DNA of 28,091 nt from a virus. Lineage: Duplodnaviria > Heunggongvirae > Uroviricota > Caudoviricetes. Both the position numbers and the translations under genes were made by a program. Where the stretch lies: IMG/VR virus record IMGVR_UViG_2571042206_000004; one strand, given 5' to 3'. This document shows positions 9,377-17,719 of the stretch, one piece after another (positions within the stretch are counted from its first letter, which is position 1; the number at the start of each line of letters is the position of its first letter). The notes below the pieces were generated by a model, which saw only the letters and a list, made by a program, of their open reading frames with translations, had not been told where the DNA came from and did no database searches.

Positions 9377-9489
9377 AACTTTTAACCCTATTCATGCTGT
9401 GCATCCTGATTTCAGGATGTACAGCTTCTACTATTCAAAACAATATCCATGTCACTGTTTGTTTACAGTGTGCGCCTATGAGTCGTTAA
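9373..9489 (+). CDS. 38-aa lipoprotein (not in the ORF track)
   Basis: ATGA overlap with the endolysin stop. Translation is MKLLTLFMLCILISGCTASTIQNNIHVTVCLQCAPMSR, with a signal peptide and lipobox I-S-G-C(16). Confidence 0.75.
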   Translation: MKLLTLFMLCILISGCTASTIQNNIHVTVCLQCAPMSR

Positions 9490-9530
9490 TAATGGCTTCT
9501 TTTTTTCTTTCGTTTGTTACATTCCTGATG

Positions 9531-9539
9531 TTATTCACA
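9531..9539 (+). promoter_or_regulatory. DnaA box (TTATTCACA)
   Basis: Matches TTATNCACA; lies upstream of the iteron array. Confidence 0.5.
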
Positions 9540-9696
9540 ACATGCATCATCCTTGTTTTCTCTTATTTCCAAAACAGACATTAATTTGAATTTAAAACTT
9601 AAACATGTTTCGCTTCTTTCTGTGAACTCTTTTTTTTAAAAACGCTCTATGCTTTGAATTACAAGTGTTCTGATAATAACGGTACAAAAATTCCGT

Positions 9697-9705
9697 TGTG
9701 GATAA
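9697..9705 (-). promoter_or_regulatory. Perfect DnaA box (TGTGGATAA)
   Basis: Reverse complement of TTATCCACA, immediately after the first iteron. Confidence 0.8.
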
Positions 9706-9790
9706 CTTAAAACCTATTTGAATTTAAAATCTTTTCTTTTTTTCTTTTAGAGGGCCTGAAACGATTGCTAATAAATGCTTTGAAAGCCTA
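9706..9790. other. AT-rich candidate DNA-unwinding element of the plasmid origin
   Basis: T-rich tract between the DnaA box and the 22-bp iteron block. The 14-mer ATTTGAATTTAAAA occurs at 9584-9597 and 9716-9729. Confidence 0.55.
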
Positions 9791-10379
9791 TTAAGGTACA
9801 AAAACTCCGTTTCAGCGGTACAAATACTCCGTTTTAACGGTACAAAAAGTTTTAATTACGGTACAAATATTCCTTTTTAACGGTACAAAAATTCTGGCCT
9901 TTAATTTCAATAGCTTAAAAGGTACAAAAATTCCGTTAAATCGCTTTTAACGGTACATTTTCTCCGTTAAAAGTCCTATAAAGGTACAAAAACTCCGAAT
10001 AAGTACCTTTTAAAGCCATTTTTCCATTAACTTAAAGAATACATAAAAGGATTTCGGTACATTTTCTCCGTTCACACCCCTATAAAGGTACATTTTCTCC
10101 GCTAAGCAAATAGCCAAAATCAAGATAACGGTACAAAAACTCCGATAGGGGAGTCATAACGGTACATTTTCTCCGTTTAAAAACCCTATAACGGTACAAA
10201 AATTCCGAAGGAATGCATATAAAGGTACAAAAACTCCGGTAATGTCATTACATTGTCATGTTTTGGTCAAAATCCTTAAATATAAATCAGCTCAATTCCT
10301 GCTGGATAACTAGATTTACAAACATTATCTAATCATGTACCTTTTACGAAAACCAATAAAACCTTTCTGAACGGAATAT

Positions 10380-11501
10380 ATGGCAGAACTTATTAGGAAT
10401 TCAGATGTTTATAAAGCGAATGCATTGATTAATGCAAGCTACGCTTTGGACACTGCTGAGCAAAGAATAATTCTACTCGCCATTTTAGTTTCCAGAAACA
10501 AGAATGCAGATCTGACTGCCGAAACGATTATCGAGATTCCTGCTTCCTTATATGCCCAAAAATTTAATACAACAGTGAGCGCGGCATATAAAACACTGAA
10601 GGAAGCCGAAGATACCTTATTTGAAAGACGTTTTTCTTACACCACAATGCGAAATGGCAAGATTGAGGTGGTTCGGTCACGTTGGGTATCACGAGTTTCA
10701 TACGTTAAGGATGATGCATTATTAACGATCACCCTAGCTCCTGATGTGATTCCTCTAGTAACCAAGCTAGAAGGAACCTTTACCAAATATGCCATCGACA
10801 ATTTACGCGATGTGACCAGTAAATATGGCATCCGTCTGTATGAGTTGGTCGCTAGTTGGAAAAATTCGGATATACGTAAAACTCCTGTTTATGACTTCGA
10901 GGACTTCCGTGCCAAGATGGGCCTTCTTCCTCATGAGTATAGAGACAAGAAAAATCCCGAAAGTACGGATATGACCAACTTCAATAAACGTGTATTGAAG
11001 CCGGCAATTGATCAGATTAATAGTTTTACTGACCTGTTTATTACTGAAAAGAAAATCAAGACAGGACGTAATATCACGGGCATTTATTTTGAAGTAAGTT
11101 TAAAAACCGATAACTTCATTGAAGGCGAAGCGAAAGAAATCCATGACAGCAAGCCTTCTTCCGATTCAGCTAAAAAGACAGGCACTCCTTTAGAAAACAT
11201 TAGGCTTCCAAAAGTATCGACCCAAGAGTTTTTGGGTAGTGATCTCAGCGAAGAGGACCTTAACAAAGAGAACCCATTAAAAGAATTTATCGTTGAATCT
11301 GGCGTTTATAAGTCTGCTATTGAAAAGCCAGTAGAAGAAAAGGATGAATTTGAATTAAATGGCATAAAACGATTGTATGAGGCTCTATTAAAGCTGGATG
11401 AAGGCGTAACCAAGGAATACGTCCGCGAATATGCCCAGATTAAAGGCGTAACTCTACAACACGCATTAATTGAACTTTATAACTCTAAAAGACCGGCTTA
11501 A
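10380..11501 (+). CDS. repA: Plasmid replication initiator, Rep_3 family
   Basis: KANALINASYALDTAEQRIILLAI; RSRWVSRVSY; SKYGIRLYEL; NFNKRVLKPAIDQIN; adjacent iterons. Confidence 0.95.
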   Translation: MAELIRNSDVYKANALINASYALDTAEQRIILLAILVSRNKNADLTAETIIEIPASLYAQKFNTTVSAAYKTLKEAEDTLFERRFSYTTMRNGKIEVVRSRWVSRVSYVKDDALLTITLAPDVIPLVTKLEGTFTKYAIDNLRDVTSKYGIRLYELVASWKNSDIRKTPVYDFEDFRAKMGLLPHEYRDKKNPESTDMTNFNKRVLKPAIDQINSFTDLFITEKKIKTGRNITGIYFEVSLKTDNFIEGEAKEIHDSKPSSDSAKKTGTPLENIRLPKVSTQEFLGSDLSEEDLNKENPLKEFIVESGVYKSAIEKPVEEKDEFELNGIKRLYEALLKLDEGVTKEYVREYAQIKGVTLQHALIELYNSKRPA

Positions 11502-11617
11502 ACATTCCGGCACTTGGGTCTTTTCCGAAAACTTGGGTTTTTGAAGTGCTAACGAATAATTAAATAATACTTTCTATAATATTTAAGTTTTTATATTAAT
11601 TATTCGGAAACGATCGG

Positions 11618-12349
11618 ATGTCCCAAGTTGAAAAACAAATACCCAAGTATTTAGATTGGGCGGGTCACTTTTATGGCAATGACCTTGATTTAGAACATTA
11701 CGAAATTCTCACCATTCAATACATTCCCAAGAAAGAGCGGAAGCTAGAAACGCAGTTAATGACAACCAAGTGGTTTGACTATAGGCTGATGCATCCCATG
11801 CAAGCCACTTATTACTTCTTTCGGCTTTTCAAAAATGAATATCGAAACTTTTATAGAAAAGCTATTGATCATAAGGCGGCCGAATTCGTTAAACCCATTA
11901 AGGAGCGAGATTTCTTACTCAGCCGTGAGGCCTTGTCATTTTGGCGACTCAGACAGGCAATTGATGCTTTGGGAATGCGTTATGACTTCTATTTAAAAAC
12001 CGCATTTGATAAATGCTTTAAGGTGATTGCGAATGGTAGACCTTTGCCACCTAGACCTGCTCAACTAAAAAAAGAAGAACTGTTAATTGAAGTGTTCCAT
12101 GAGTGGGAGTCTTATTGTCAAGCTTCGCTCCAGATCGCTAAAAGTCCATATTTTACCGCTACACTTTTTCATAACAGTCCAATGCAAGTTGATTATGAAG
12201 ATTTTATTGTTAAGCAGGTGCGGATGCGTCAAGTGCAGCATTATGCATTAGGGACATGCATTTATCGCTATGATGCACTTCGCATTGAAAAAGCTTTAGA
12301 GTCTTTTGACATTTCGATCATCAACCAAGCTATTAAATCCAGTATTTAA
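11618..12349 (+). CDS. Hypothetical protein heading the phage replication operon
   Basis: 243-aa aromatic/basic ORF; no motif recognised. Confidence 0.75.
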   Translation: MSQVEKQIPKYLDWAGHFYGNDLDLEHYEILTIQYIPKKERKLETQLMTTKWFDYRLMHPMQATYYFFRLFKNEYRNFYRKAIDHKAAEFVKPIKERDFLLSREALSFWRLRQAIDALGMRYDFYLKTAFDKCFKVIANGRPLPPRPAQLKKEELLIEVFHEWESYCQASLQIAKSPYFTATLFHNSPMQVDYEDFIVKQVRMRQVQHYALGTCIYRYDALRIEKALESFDISIINQAIKSSI

Positions 12350-12373
12350 TGCTTTTTTCTCTTAAAATATTAA

Positions 12374-12383
12374 TAAGCGCTTA
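12374..12383. promoter_or_regulatory. Palindromic motif TAAGCGCTTA (class I site)
   Basis: The reverse-strand context TTATAG-TAAGCGCTTA-TTAATA matches the 14328 site. It is ~55 nt upstream of the Hfq-like gene. Confidence 0.65.
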
Positions 12384-12436
12384 CTATAATTTGATAATAT
12401 CGTTTTTATAGTAATTACTAATGTTTCGAGGTTTTA

Positions 12437-12868
12437 ATGAGCGAATGGCAGAAAGAACTTGCGATACAAAACAAGTTCGGCAATAGCGCTCCAATTTCAA
12501 AGGAGTCTATTTACTTAAATACGGAAGAAAAGCAAAAACTTCAATTTCAGCCGCGTAAAACGTATGGGCGTAGGCTGCCTGCGAACGAATGCGAAATTGA
12601 AGAAATGGGCTACATGAAGTTTGTTCGCAAGCTGCAAGAGCAAGAACAGGAAATTGTAGTCATTAAAACAGACGGCGAAGTTGTGCGTGGATACATCCGT
12701 GCTGCGGATGCAGAAACGATCTCGCTTCGTTGTTATTTGAATGGTGATAAAAACGGTCGTTATCGTGCGCGTGTTCTTTTCAAACACCAAATTTCCGAGT
12801 TCTCACCAACTAAGGGGATTGAAGACCTAGTTGATGAGCTAGAGAGAAAGTCGAAATCTAAATCTTAA
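12437..12868 (+). CDS. Hfq/Sm-like protein with ~55-aa N-terminal extension
   Basis: Manual alignment to E. coli Hfq: FVRKLQEQEQEIVVIKTDGEVVRGYIRAADAETISL vs [36 protein letters not shown], and LFKHQISEFSP vs VYKHAISTVVP (Sm2 motif). Confidence 0.75.
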   Translation: MSEWQKELAIQNKFGNSAPISKESIYLNTEEKQKLQFQPRKTYGRRLPANECEIEEMGYMKFVRKLQEQEQEIVVIKTDGEVVRGYIRAADAETISLRCYLNGDKNGRYRARVLFKHQISEFSPTKGIEDLVDELERKSKSKS

Positions 12869-12904
12869 ACGTAAGCCATCTATTTTCTATAAGGATTATC
12901 TTAT

Positions 12905-14308
12905 ATGTCTACTGCTGTGGCCGAAATTCATGAAGAAGAGGTCGTTGATAAAGAACTCGAAGGCTTCACCGAAGAAAAGTTTGATTACGACGATGAGTTT
13001 CAATCAAAAATTGCGGCTTTAACTTTACGTGACGATGAGTTTCTTAGAAGAGCCGCCCATATTCTGAAGCCAGAATTTTTCGAAAATCAGGGTGAAGCAT
13101 GTCTGGTCGATATTGCGCTCCAACACTTCAATAAATATGGATGTTCTCCTGATCCTGCTTCTGTTGTCCAAATTATCAAGGATAAAGCTGCTTCTAAAGT
13201 TTATAAGCGAGAAACTTTAGCGGCAATTGTGGAAGCAAGGAAGAAATTAATTGGCATCTATGTCACTGACAAGGCTTTCGTTGAAGAAAAGGTTGTTGAG
13301 TTCGCGCGAAAACAGGCGGTATCCAATGCGATTGTTAATTCTGTTCCTGATCTTGAGGCAGGGAATTACGCCAAGATTGAAGCGCGTATCAAGGAAGCTA
13401 TTGCGGTCGGATTGAATGAAGAGGGTGTTGGTTATGACTTCTTCGCTCAGGCGTTGAATCGTAAGCTGGCACGTATCGAGAAGCTGACAGGCAAAGTACC
13501 TCCGACAGGCATTACTACTGGCTGTAAAGAACTTGATGATCTGCTGTATCACAGAGGTTGGGGACGCAAGGAGCTGTCTCTATTAATGGGCGGTGCAAAA
13601 GCAGGTAAGACGCAAGCGCTTATTCACTTTGGCCGTATCGCAAGCTTTGCTAAATACAACGTTCTATATGTAACGCTAGAAGTTGGTAAAGACATTATTG
13701 CAGACCGTTTAGATGCCTCTATTTCAAAAGTGATCATGAAAGAATTGGCGTCGAAGGCTGCAAGTGTTGCAACTGCGGTCGAGACGGTAGCCAAGACGGC
13801 GGGCAAATTTATTATTCATGAATTTGGTTCCGGTACATTTTCTCCGTCACAGCTAAGAGCATTAATTGATAGGTATAAGAATCCTGGGCGGAACCCTGAT
13901 GGAACGATAAGACCGCCAATCAAGTTCGATATGATCATTGTGGACTATGCAGATTTGATGCGTCCAGATATTCGTACAAATGACCCAAAAGAGAACTCAA
14001 GAGTTGTCTATGTTGATTTACGCGCGATTGCTTTTGAAGAGAATGTGGCGTTACTGACAGCTACTCAGACCAACCGTGAGGGCTTTAAGTCAACGGTAGC
14101 CAAGGCAGAGCACGTAGCTGAGGACTTTAACAAAATCAGGACCGCTGACGTTGCAATCTCCATCAACATTACAGAGGAAGAGAGAGCGAAAGGTCAGGCT
14201 CGATTGTACTTTGCAGCTTCTCGAAACCAAGAGATGGGGGTTACTGTGGTGATTAAGCAGAATGTGTCCATGATGAGGTTCTTGGAAGAAGTGATTAGCG
14301 TCGAATAA
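12905..14308 (+). CDS. Replicative DNA helicase, DnaB/T4 gp41-like (SF4)
   Basis: Walker A GGAKAGKT; LYVTLE; Walker B IIVDYADLM; TATQTNR; ADV motif. Confidence 0.92.
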   Translation: MSTAVAEIHEEEVVDKELEGFTEEKFDYDDEFQSKIAALTLRDDEFLRRAAHILKPEFFENQGEACLVDIALQHFNKYGCSPDPASVVQIIKDKAASKVYKRETLAAIVEARKKLIGIYVTDKAFVEEKVVEFARKQAVSNAIVNSVPDLEAGNYAKIEARIKEAIAVGLNEEGVGYDFFAQALNRKLARIEKLTGKVPPTGITTGCKELDDLLYHRGWGRKELSLLMGGAKAGKTQALIHFGRIASFAKYNVLYVTLEVGKDIIADRLDASISKVIMKELASKAASVATAVETVAKTAGKFIIHEFGSGTFSPSQLRALIDRYKNPGRNPDGTIRPPIKFDMIIVDYADLMRPDIRTNDPKENSRVVYVDLRAIAFEENVALLTATQTNREGFKSTVAKAEHVAEDFNKIRTADVAISINITEEERAKGQARLYFAASRNQEMGVTVVIKQNVSMMRFLEEVISVE

Positions 14309-14327
14309 ATTTAACCCAATATTATAG

Positions 14328-14371
14328 TAAGCGCTTATTTATAAATTTGTGCTAGTATAAATAAGCGCTAA
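14328..14371. promoter_or_regulatory. Inverted pair of class I sites (TAAGCGCTTA and TAAGCGCTAA) forming a 14-bp inverted repeat
   Basis: AGCGCTTATTTATA (14330-14343) and TATAAATAAGCGCT (14356-14369), 12-nt spacer, upstream of primase. Confidence 0.7.
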
Positions 14372-14395
14372 TTTTATCTAATGCGATTTTGCAAT

Positions 14396-15490
14396 ATGAG
14401 CGATCAAGAAAGTTTAGCGGAGATATTAGACCGCATTGATATGGAGTATTGGCTTAACCGCGAAGGGTTTGAATACAAAGTAACTCGCGGAAAAAACGGA
14501 ATCCAGTTGAATGTTAAGGAATGTCCGGTATGTGGTAACTCAAGCTGGAAAGTCTATCTGAATCAGGATACGGGTTTGGGTAACTGCTTTCATGGTGATT
14601 GCGAAACCAAATTCTCGAAATGGAAGTTTATTAAGGCTGGTATAGGCGGTAATAGCCTAAGCAATAAAGAGATAGTCGAGCATGTTAAAGCAATTGCTCA
14701 GGAGCAGGGCTGGCAGCCAAAGCGCAAAAGTGAACCCACACAAACCAAAATTGGCGATCTAAAGCTTCCAAAAGCCTATGACTTGCCGATCATGGGTCAG
14801 AACCTAAAGTACCTTAAAGAGCGAAATATAACGCTCGATACGTGTCGTGAATTTGGACTGAAATTCTGTCAAAAGGGTTGGTTTGCATACATAGGCCCAA
14901 CGGGTGAAAAGCAATACCAAAACTACAGCATGAGAATCATCATTCCTGTCAGGGACCTTGAAGGCAAGCTTGTGTCTTTTCAGGGTCGGGACATTACAGG
15001 AAAGGCTGAAAAGAAGTATCTATTTCCTCCTGGTTTCGCGTCTACGGGCACTTACCTATATAACGGCCATAATGCCCTAGGTTACGTTGAAATCGTCATG
15101 GGAGAGGGTGCTTTTGACGCTATGGCGATATATCAAGCCTTCAAGGAAGACGAGTTCCTTTGCAATGTTGGAGTTGTCGCGTCATTTGGTAAGCATCTTT
15201 CGGTAGGTGGTGATGAATCTCAAATGGCTGAACTACTAAAGCTTAAAGATGAGGGATTGGAGTGCGTGACGATTATGTGGGATGGAGAGCCTGCCGCAAT
15301 TCTGTCTGCGATCGACGCATGTTTAAAGATAAATAGCTTTGGCATAAAAGCAAGGTTGGCCACGTTGCCTGCTGGATGTGACCCCAATGAAGTCGACCCT
15401 GAAATCGTTCGCACAGCGTATCGAAAAGCGATACCAATTACGCCAATTAGCGCAGTAAGTTTACGCATTAAGTATATGGGTAAAGTCTGA
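14396..15490 (+). CDS. DNA primase (zinc-binding + TOPRIM)
   Basis: CPVC...CFHGDC zinc domain; IIIPVRDLEGKLVSFQGR; TOPRIM MGEGAFDAMA and MWDGE. The start is 14396 or 14381. Confidence 0.9.
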   Translation: MSDQESLAEILDRIDMEYWLNREGFEYKVTRGKNGIQLNVKECPVCGNSSWKVYLNQDTGLGNCFHGDCETKFSKWKFIKAGIGGNSLSNKEIVEHVKAIAQEQGWQPKRKSEPTQTKIGDLKLPKAYDLPIMGQNLKYLKERNITLDTCREFGLKFCQKGWFAYIGPTGEKQYQNYSMRIIIPVRDLEGKLVSFQGRDITGKAEKKYLFPPGFASTGTYLYNGHNALGYVEIVMGEGAFDAMAIYQAFKEDEFLCNVGVVASFGKHLSVGGDESQMAELLKLKDEGLECVTIMWDGEPAAILSAIDACLKINSFGIKARLATLPAGCDPNEVDPEIVRTAYRKAIPITPISAVSLRIKYMGKV

Positions 15491-15553
15491 ATCGTATTTG
15501 ATTCCAAATCATTGTTTTTAAAATATTGTTGAAGTTTTCAAGGTGCTTTTACT

Positions 15554-16108
15554 ATGAGTTTAAAAATTGTGGTCAGAAGTGCCTACTCATTGCATACGAG
15601 TGGGACAAAATATTATTCGATGTTCTTGTTATCGGTACAGGACGGAGCTAAACGCAACACGCAATTATTCAAAATTTATGGCTCAGCGGTAAATCAAACC
15701 GCTCAAGTCAAACACCATCAAGAAGGTAATGGTGCAACTCTTGATACCGAATTTAATAAAACACTAAAAGTAAAAGGTAAAGCAGGTGAATATAGCGATT
15801 TACGTGAAAGCGAAATCTTGCACGAATTTGATAATTTCCATGATTTTATTACTTACTTGACTCTCGACTCTCAGATTAATGCCATTAGAGCGCCTTTCGC
15901 ATCAGCGATTACCGAAAAGGGTTTTGAAAAATACTTGGAAACCTTGTCTCAAACGTTCGGGATTCCAGTTGATGACATGTACAAATTTACATTCAACTAT
16001 GAATCAGAGGAAGAACGGCAACGAAAACAAGAAGAGGAAGAGCGTAAGGCAGCTCAGCTCATGGCACAACGACAAGAATTTTATGGTGAAGTTTTGGGGT
16101 CTTGGTAA
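15554..16108 (+). CDS. Hypothetical protein with possible degenerate WGR-like N-terminal domain
   Basis: GTKYY...LFKIYG...AQVK...EFNKTLKVKGKAGEY follows the WGR pattern loosely; the protein ends in GSW. Confidence 0.7.
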   Translation: MSLKIVVRSAYSLHTSGTKYYSMFLLSVQDGAKRNTQLFKIYGSAVNQTAQVKHHQEGNGATLDTEFNKTLKVKGKAGEYSDLRESEILHEFDNFHDFITYLTLDSQINAIRAPFASAITEKGFEKYLETLSQTFGIPVDDMYKFTFNYESEEERQRKQEEEERKAAQLMAQRQEFYGEVLGSW

Positions 16109-16599
16109 TGAACAGAGTAATTATTGGGGTTCCACACTGTCGGTTTATGGTGACAAAAACCACAACGAATGAAAAGGTTTTGGAGCTCACAGAATATTTT
16201 GCTGTCCACAAGCATACTCAAGATGAAGTATTAGGCTTGGCGATCAAGGCTGTTGATTACCATGATAACAAGGGCGGGTATCACCGAACGGTCGAAATTC
16301 TTGAAAAATACGAAGGACTTTCTTACTCAACAGTAGCAGAAAGGGTAAAGAATTTAAGTAAGGCTGCTGTACGTAATCTAGTTGATGAATTGTCTACCAA
16401 TTCGGATTCGATTAATCCAATTGAATATGCTCAATCAATTTTCGGTCGCGAAGCATCCAATATTTTTGACAAAGGGCGAGAAGCTGAGATCAAGTCAATT
16501 TTTCAAAATTATTTTGGACCTATCAGAAGCGAACTGAGCGAATTAATTCTTGATACAGATGAGTATGCTGCCTATAAAGGAGTTCAAGGATCATGGTAA
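16108..16599 (+). CDS. Hypothetical protein
   Basis: The ATG overlaps the upstream stop (TAATG); an alternative start is 16147. The protein ends in GSW. Confidence 0.7.
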   Translation: MNRVIIGVPHCRFMVTKTTTNEKVLELTEYFAVHKHTQDEVLGLAIKAVDYHDNKGGYHRTVEILEKYEGLSYSTVAERVKNLSKAAVRNLVDELSTNSDSINPIEYAQSIFGREASNIFDKGREAEIKSIFQNYFGPIRSELSELILDTDEYAAYKGVQGSW

Positions 16600-17201
16600 C
16601 TAAAACTCTTCCTGTACTCGATTTGGAATTATCCAGAAGCGGAACAAATGCCTATTACTGCGATTTTTGCCCTCATACTGGCAACCGTCCTAATTATGCT
16701 GCATGCCTAAAGCGTATCCATAATGTTCAGGAGGGAAATGAGCGCGAGGTGGATGCAGTTTGCGTAGTCGCTATCCACAGACATCACTGTGAAGCTGCCG
16801 AAATGCGTGAACGTGAAATTGAGGCAGGTAAGGCTCTCTATTACATTGATCGTTCAGAAATGCGAAAACAAGTTGGGAAGCGGCTGGCTAAACAAGGAAT
16901 TTCTATTTCTTCTAAATTTGATTATAAGTTAGAACTTACTAATATTAATGGTGAAAAACTAGATAAAGAAATTCCAGTTAATTCAAAGGGTAATTATTCA
17001 TTAAGTGATGCAATCAATACTAAACTAAAGAAAAATAGTTTGAATACCAAAGATGATCATGTAGAATCGCAACAAGAAAATAAAGTAAGCGCTAACTTAT
17101 ATATCGAGAGTGAGAGCTTAACTGTACCAAGTATCGAGAGCGGATTATCGCTTTTAGAAATTGCTAACCGTTTCAAAGCAAACACACAGGAAAAATTATG
17201 A
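16593..17201 (+). CDS. Hypothetical protein with N-terminal Cys/His cluster
   Basis: AAGGAG at 16577; CDFC...C...C...HHC; overlaps both neighbours. Confidence 0.75.
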   Translation: MVTKTLPVLDLELSRSGTNAYYCDFCPHTGNRPNYAACLKRIHNVQEGNEREVDAVCVVAIHRHHCEAAEMREREIEAGKALYYIDRSEMRKQVGKRLAKQGISISSKFDYKLELTNINGEKLDKEIPVNSKGNYSLSDAINTKLKKNSLNTKDDHVESQQENKVSANLYIESESLTVPSIESGLSLLEIANRFKANTQEKL

Positions 17202-17707
17202 GCAACGCAGAAGATTTATTAGAAGCTTTAATCAAGGCATTAAAAGAGTCAAATGTAGATGCTGAGGAATTACGCTTCATGACTTTGCTTCCTGATCACA
17301 TGCGCAAGATTCAGGATTTAACCGAAGAGTTTGTAAAAGCTCACGTTAATGGTCCACAACAGCTTGAAGTTTACATGAGAGCCATTATGGGGGTGGTTGC
17401 ACAGGTTCAAGCAGCATTAGTCGTGAATACCGGCACAGAATCAATTCAGGAATATGCACAATTATTGGCTCAAAAATCAGAAGATGAATATTTGCTTGAT
17501 CTAGGTCACATGCTTCGTGATTTTACCAATCATTGGCTAGCGGTCTTTCTGCAAGCTGCAAAAGAGCATTTCGGCGAAGAAGTATTTAAAGCTCATCAAG
17601 CCCATGTTAGAGAAGTGATTAAAAACGCTAAAAGCGAAATGCTGAAATCCAAAGAAGGCGATTCCCCATTTAAAGATTCATTTATTCCTTCATTTGCAAA
17701 GCAGTAA
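17198..17707 (+). CDS. Hypothetical alpha-helical protein
   Basis: ATGA overlap with the upstream gene; 169 aa. Confidence 0.75.
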   Translation: MSNAEDLLEALIKALKESNVDAEELRFMTLLPDHMRKIQDLTEEFVKAHVNGPQQLEVYMRAIMGVVAQVQAALVVNTGTESIQEYAQLLAQKSEDEYLLDLGHMLRDFTNHWLAVFLQAAKEHFGEEVFKAHQAHVREVIKNAKSEMLKSKEGDSPFKDSFIPSFAKQ

Positions 17708-17719
17708 TAAGGTGTAGCA

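Larger units (their letters stand above)
9681..10238 (+). repeat. Iteron array (oriV): 15 direct copies of GGTACAWWWWYTCCG (some degenerate)
   Basis: GGTAC starts at 9681, 9795, 9817, 9839, 9860, 9882, 9921, 9952, 9983, 10056, 10087, 10130, 10161, 10193 and 10224. Degenerate inverted cores occur at 10003 and 10337. The array is directly upstream of rep. Confidence 0.93.

Noticed and set aside
9399-9584. 61-aa ORF from the track as a spanin or real gene
   Set aside because: It has no RBS, overlaps the better-supported lipoprotein ORF in another frame, and runs into T-rich origin DNA.
9681-10238. Repeat-spacer pattern as a CRISPR array
   Set aside because: The repeats are ~15 bp with short, helically phased gaps, sit beside a DnaA box and rep, and there are no cas genes. 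These are iterons.
10253-10286. rep promoter (TTGTCA with downstream AT-rich hexamers)
   Set aside because: No good -10 hexamer at 16-18 bp spacing, so it is too ambiguous to call.
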